From an uncultured virus (IMG/VR IMGVR_UViG_3300024518_006364) (taxonomy: Duplodnaviria; Heunggongvirae; Uroviricota; Caudoviricetes): 64,000 bases of DNA. Below the pieces are notes generated by a model that ran no database searches, had not been told where the DNA came from, and saw only the letters and a program-made list of their open reading frames with translations. Below, piece by piece: positions 63,036 to 64,000 of this stretch; position 1 is the first letter of the stretch, and every line of letters begins with the position of its first letter. Location of the stretch: the IMG/VR virus record IMGVR_UViG_3300024518_006364, one strand, 5' to 3'. Position numbers and translations under genes: made by a program.

Positions 63036-63575
63036 ATGACCGAGGACGGCACCAAGGTCAACGGAGAGAAGCTCCGGCTCGAGCAGCGCAACACGAAGCT
63101 GAAAAACATCGCTCTCGTCATCGGTGCCACAGCCACCTTGGTCGCCGCGGGCACAAGCCTGTTCAGTTCCCTCGGGCTCGACAGTCTCATTGCTTCCAAG
63201 CACACTGCCCAGACCGAGACATCGAAGAATGCCTACGATGCGATGAAGACGTCCAACACCAAGTTGCGCGAAGCCCTGCGGCACGCGTTCGAGCGTATCC
63301 GTGCTCTGGAGAGCCAGGTCAGAGATCTCAAGCAGGACCACAAGATTACGTGGATGATGCGCATGGCGGCGGCGACGCACACCCCCGTGCCCCTGCCACC
63401 CCCCGAGCCAGAGGTTGCGCCTCCAGTGACGAGCGATGTCGAGGCTCTCCTGGGGGACGTGAAACCGGGGTGGACACTTTCGTCTCTTCTTGGTAAGCCC
63501 AAGGACGAAGGGCTCGAAATGCTGGAGGACGCCAAGCCTCTGGCCTGGGATCAGGTGCAACACCCGCAAGAGTAG
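63036..63575 (+). CDS. Membrane-anchored coiled-coil protein
   Basis: Hydrophobic IALVIGATATLVAAG segment followed by heptads. Confidence 0.6.
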   Translation: MTEDGTKVNGEKLRLEQRNTKLKNIALVIGATATLVAAGTSLFSSLGLDSLIASKHTAQTETSKNAYDAMKTSNTKLREALRHAFERIRALESQVRDLKQDHKITWMMRMAAATHTPVPLPPPEPEVAPPVTSDVEALLGDVKPGWTLSSLLGKPKDEGLEMLEDAKPLAWDQVQHPQE

Positions 63576-64000
63576 TCTCCGTAAATCAGCTATCCTTTTC
63601 AGGTAGAAGATAGAGTAGTGCAGTGAAGACTCTGTCTTCGCCTTCATTTTTCCGAGAAAGGAGCGTCCAATGTTCTTGTTCACAGATGAAGCCCTGACCA
63701 TCGGCGGTCAGGTTGTCATTGCCGCTTTCTTGGCAGCATTTGTCCTGCTACTTTGGAACTTCATGGTCGGGCAGTACCACGGGTGGCGTTTTGGTGTTGC
63801 TCTCCACCACCACGATGTCCGTTCTGCCGCGCATCATTTGCGGTGGTTCAACTTCGAGGCCCGTTGTGCCTACGCGGCAAAGCTCATCCAGAGACGCCCA
63901 GAGTTCGAGGCCACAATGTTCCGGGTGAGCTGCATGATCCACCTGATGGACGGAGGAAGCCGGGAGGCGTGGTTGCTAAGCATGCGCCCACACGTCCCCC

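Noticed and set aside
1..64000. Genome-wide TAG reassignment
   Set aside because: Recognisable genes are intact under the standard code and several end at TAG just before the next gene or element.

Overview
This is a GC-rich segment of a large, probably jumbo, bacteriophage genome. It has densely packed, almost entirely + strand short ORFs, 14 tRNA genes (one an amber suppressor) and two tRNA-adjacent homing-type nucleases. It also encodes a JAB protease/E1 (ThiF) ubiquitin-like pair, a Pth2, several phosphoesterases and a virion-type beta-helix protein. The standout locus is 50967-55976: two Cas7/RAMP-like genes and an accessory gene, followed by a ~3.1 kb non-coding array of ~55 units. Each unit is GGCA plus a run of GGN-NN pentamers in strict 5-nt register, and the array ends in a terminator. 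This looks like a non-CRISPR, RNA-guided, repeat-programmed system (VIPR-like). Other notable signals: a stand-alone mimic of the 23S rRNA L11-binding domain inside the tRNA cluster; an amber-interrupted RAPP arrest-peptide leader in front of the Pth2 operon; an N-terminal L-x-F-x-K-[IV]-G tag shared by five unrelated proteins; a recurrent bipartite phage promoter; and an origin- or terminus-like region with a repeated 13-mer. All family calls come from motif recognition by eye, not from database searches.
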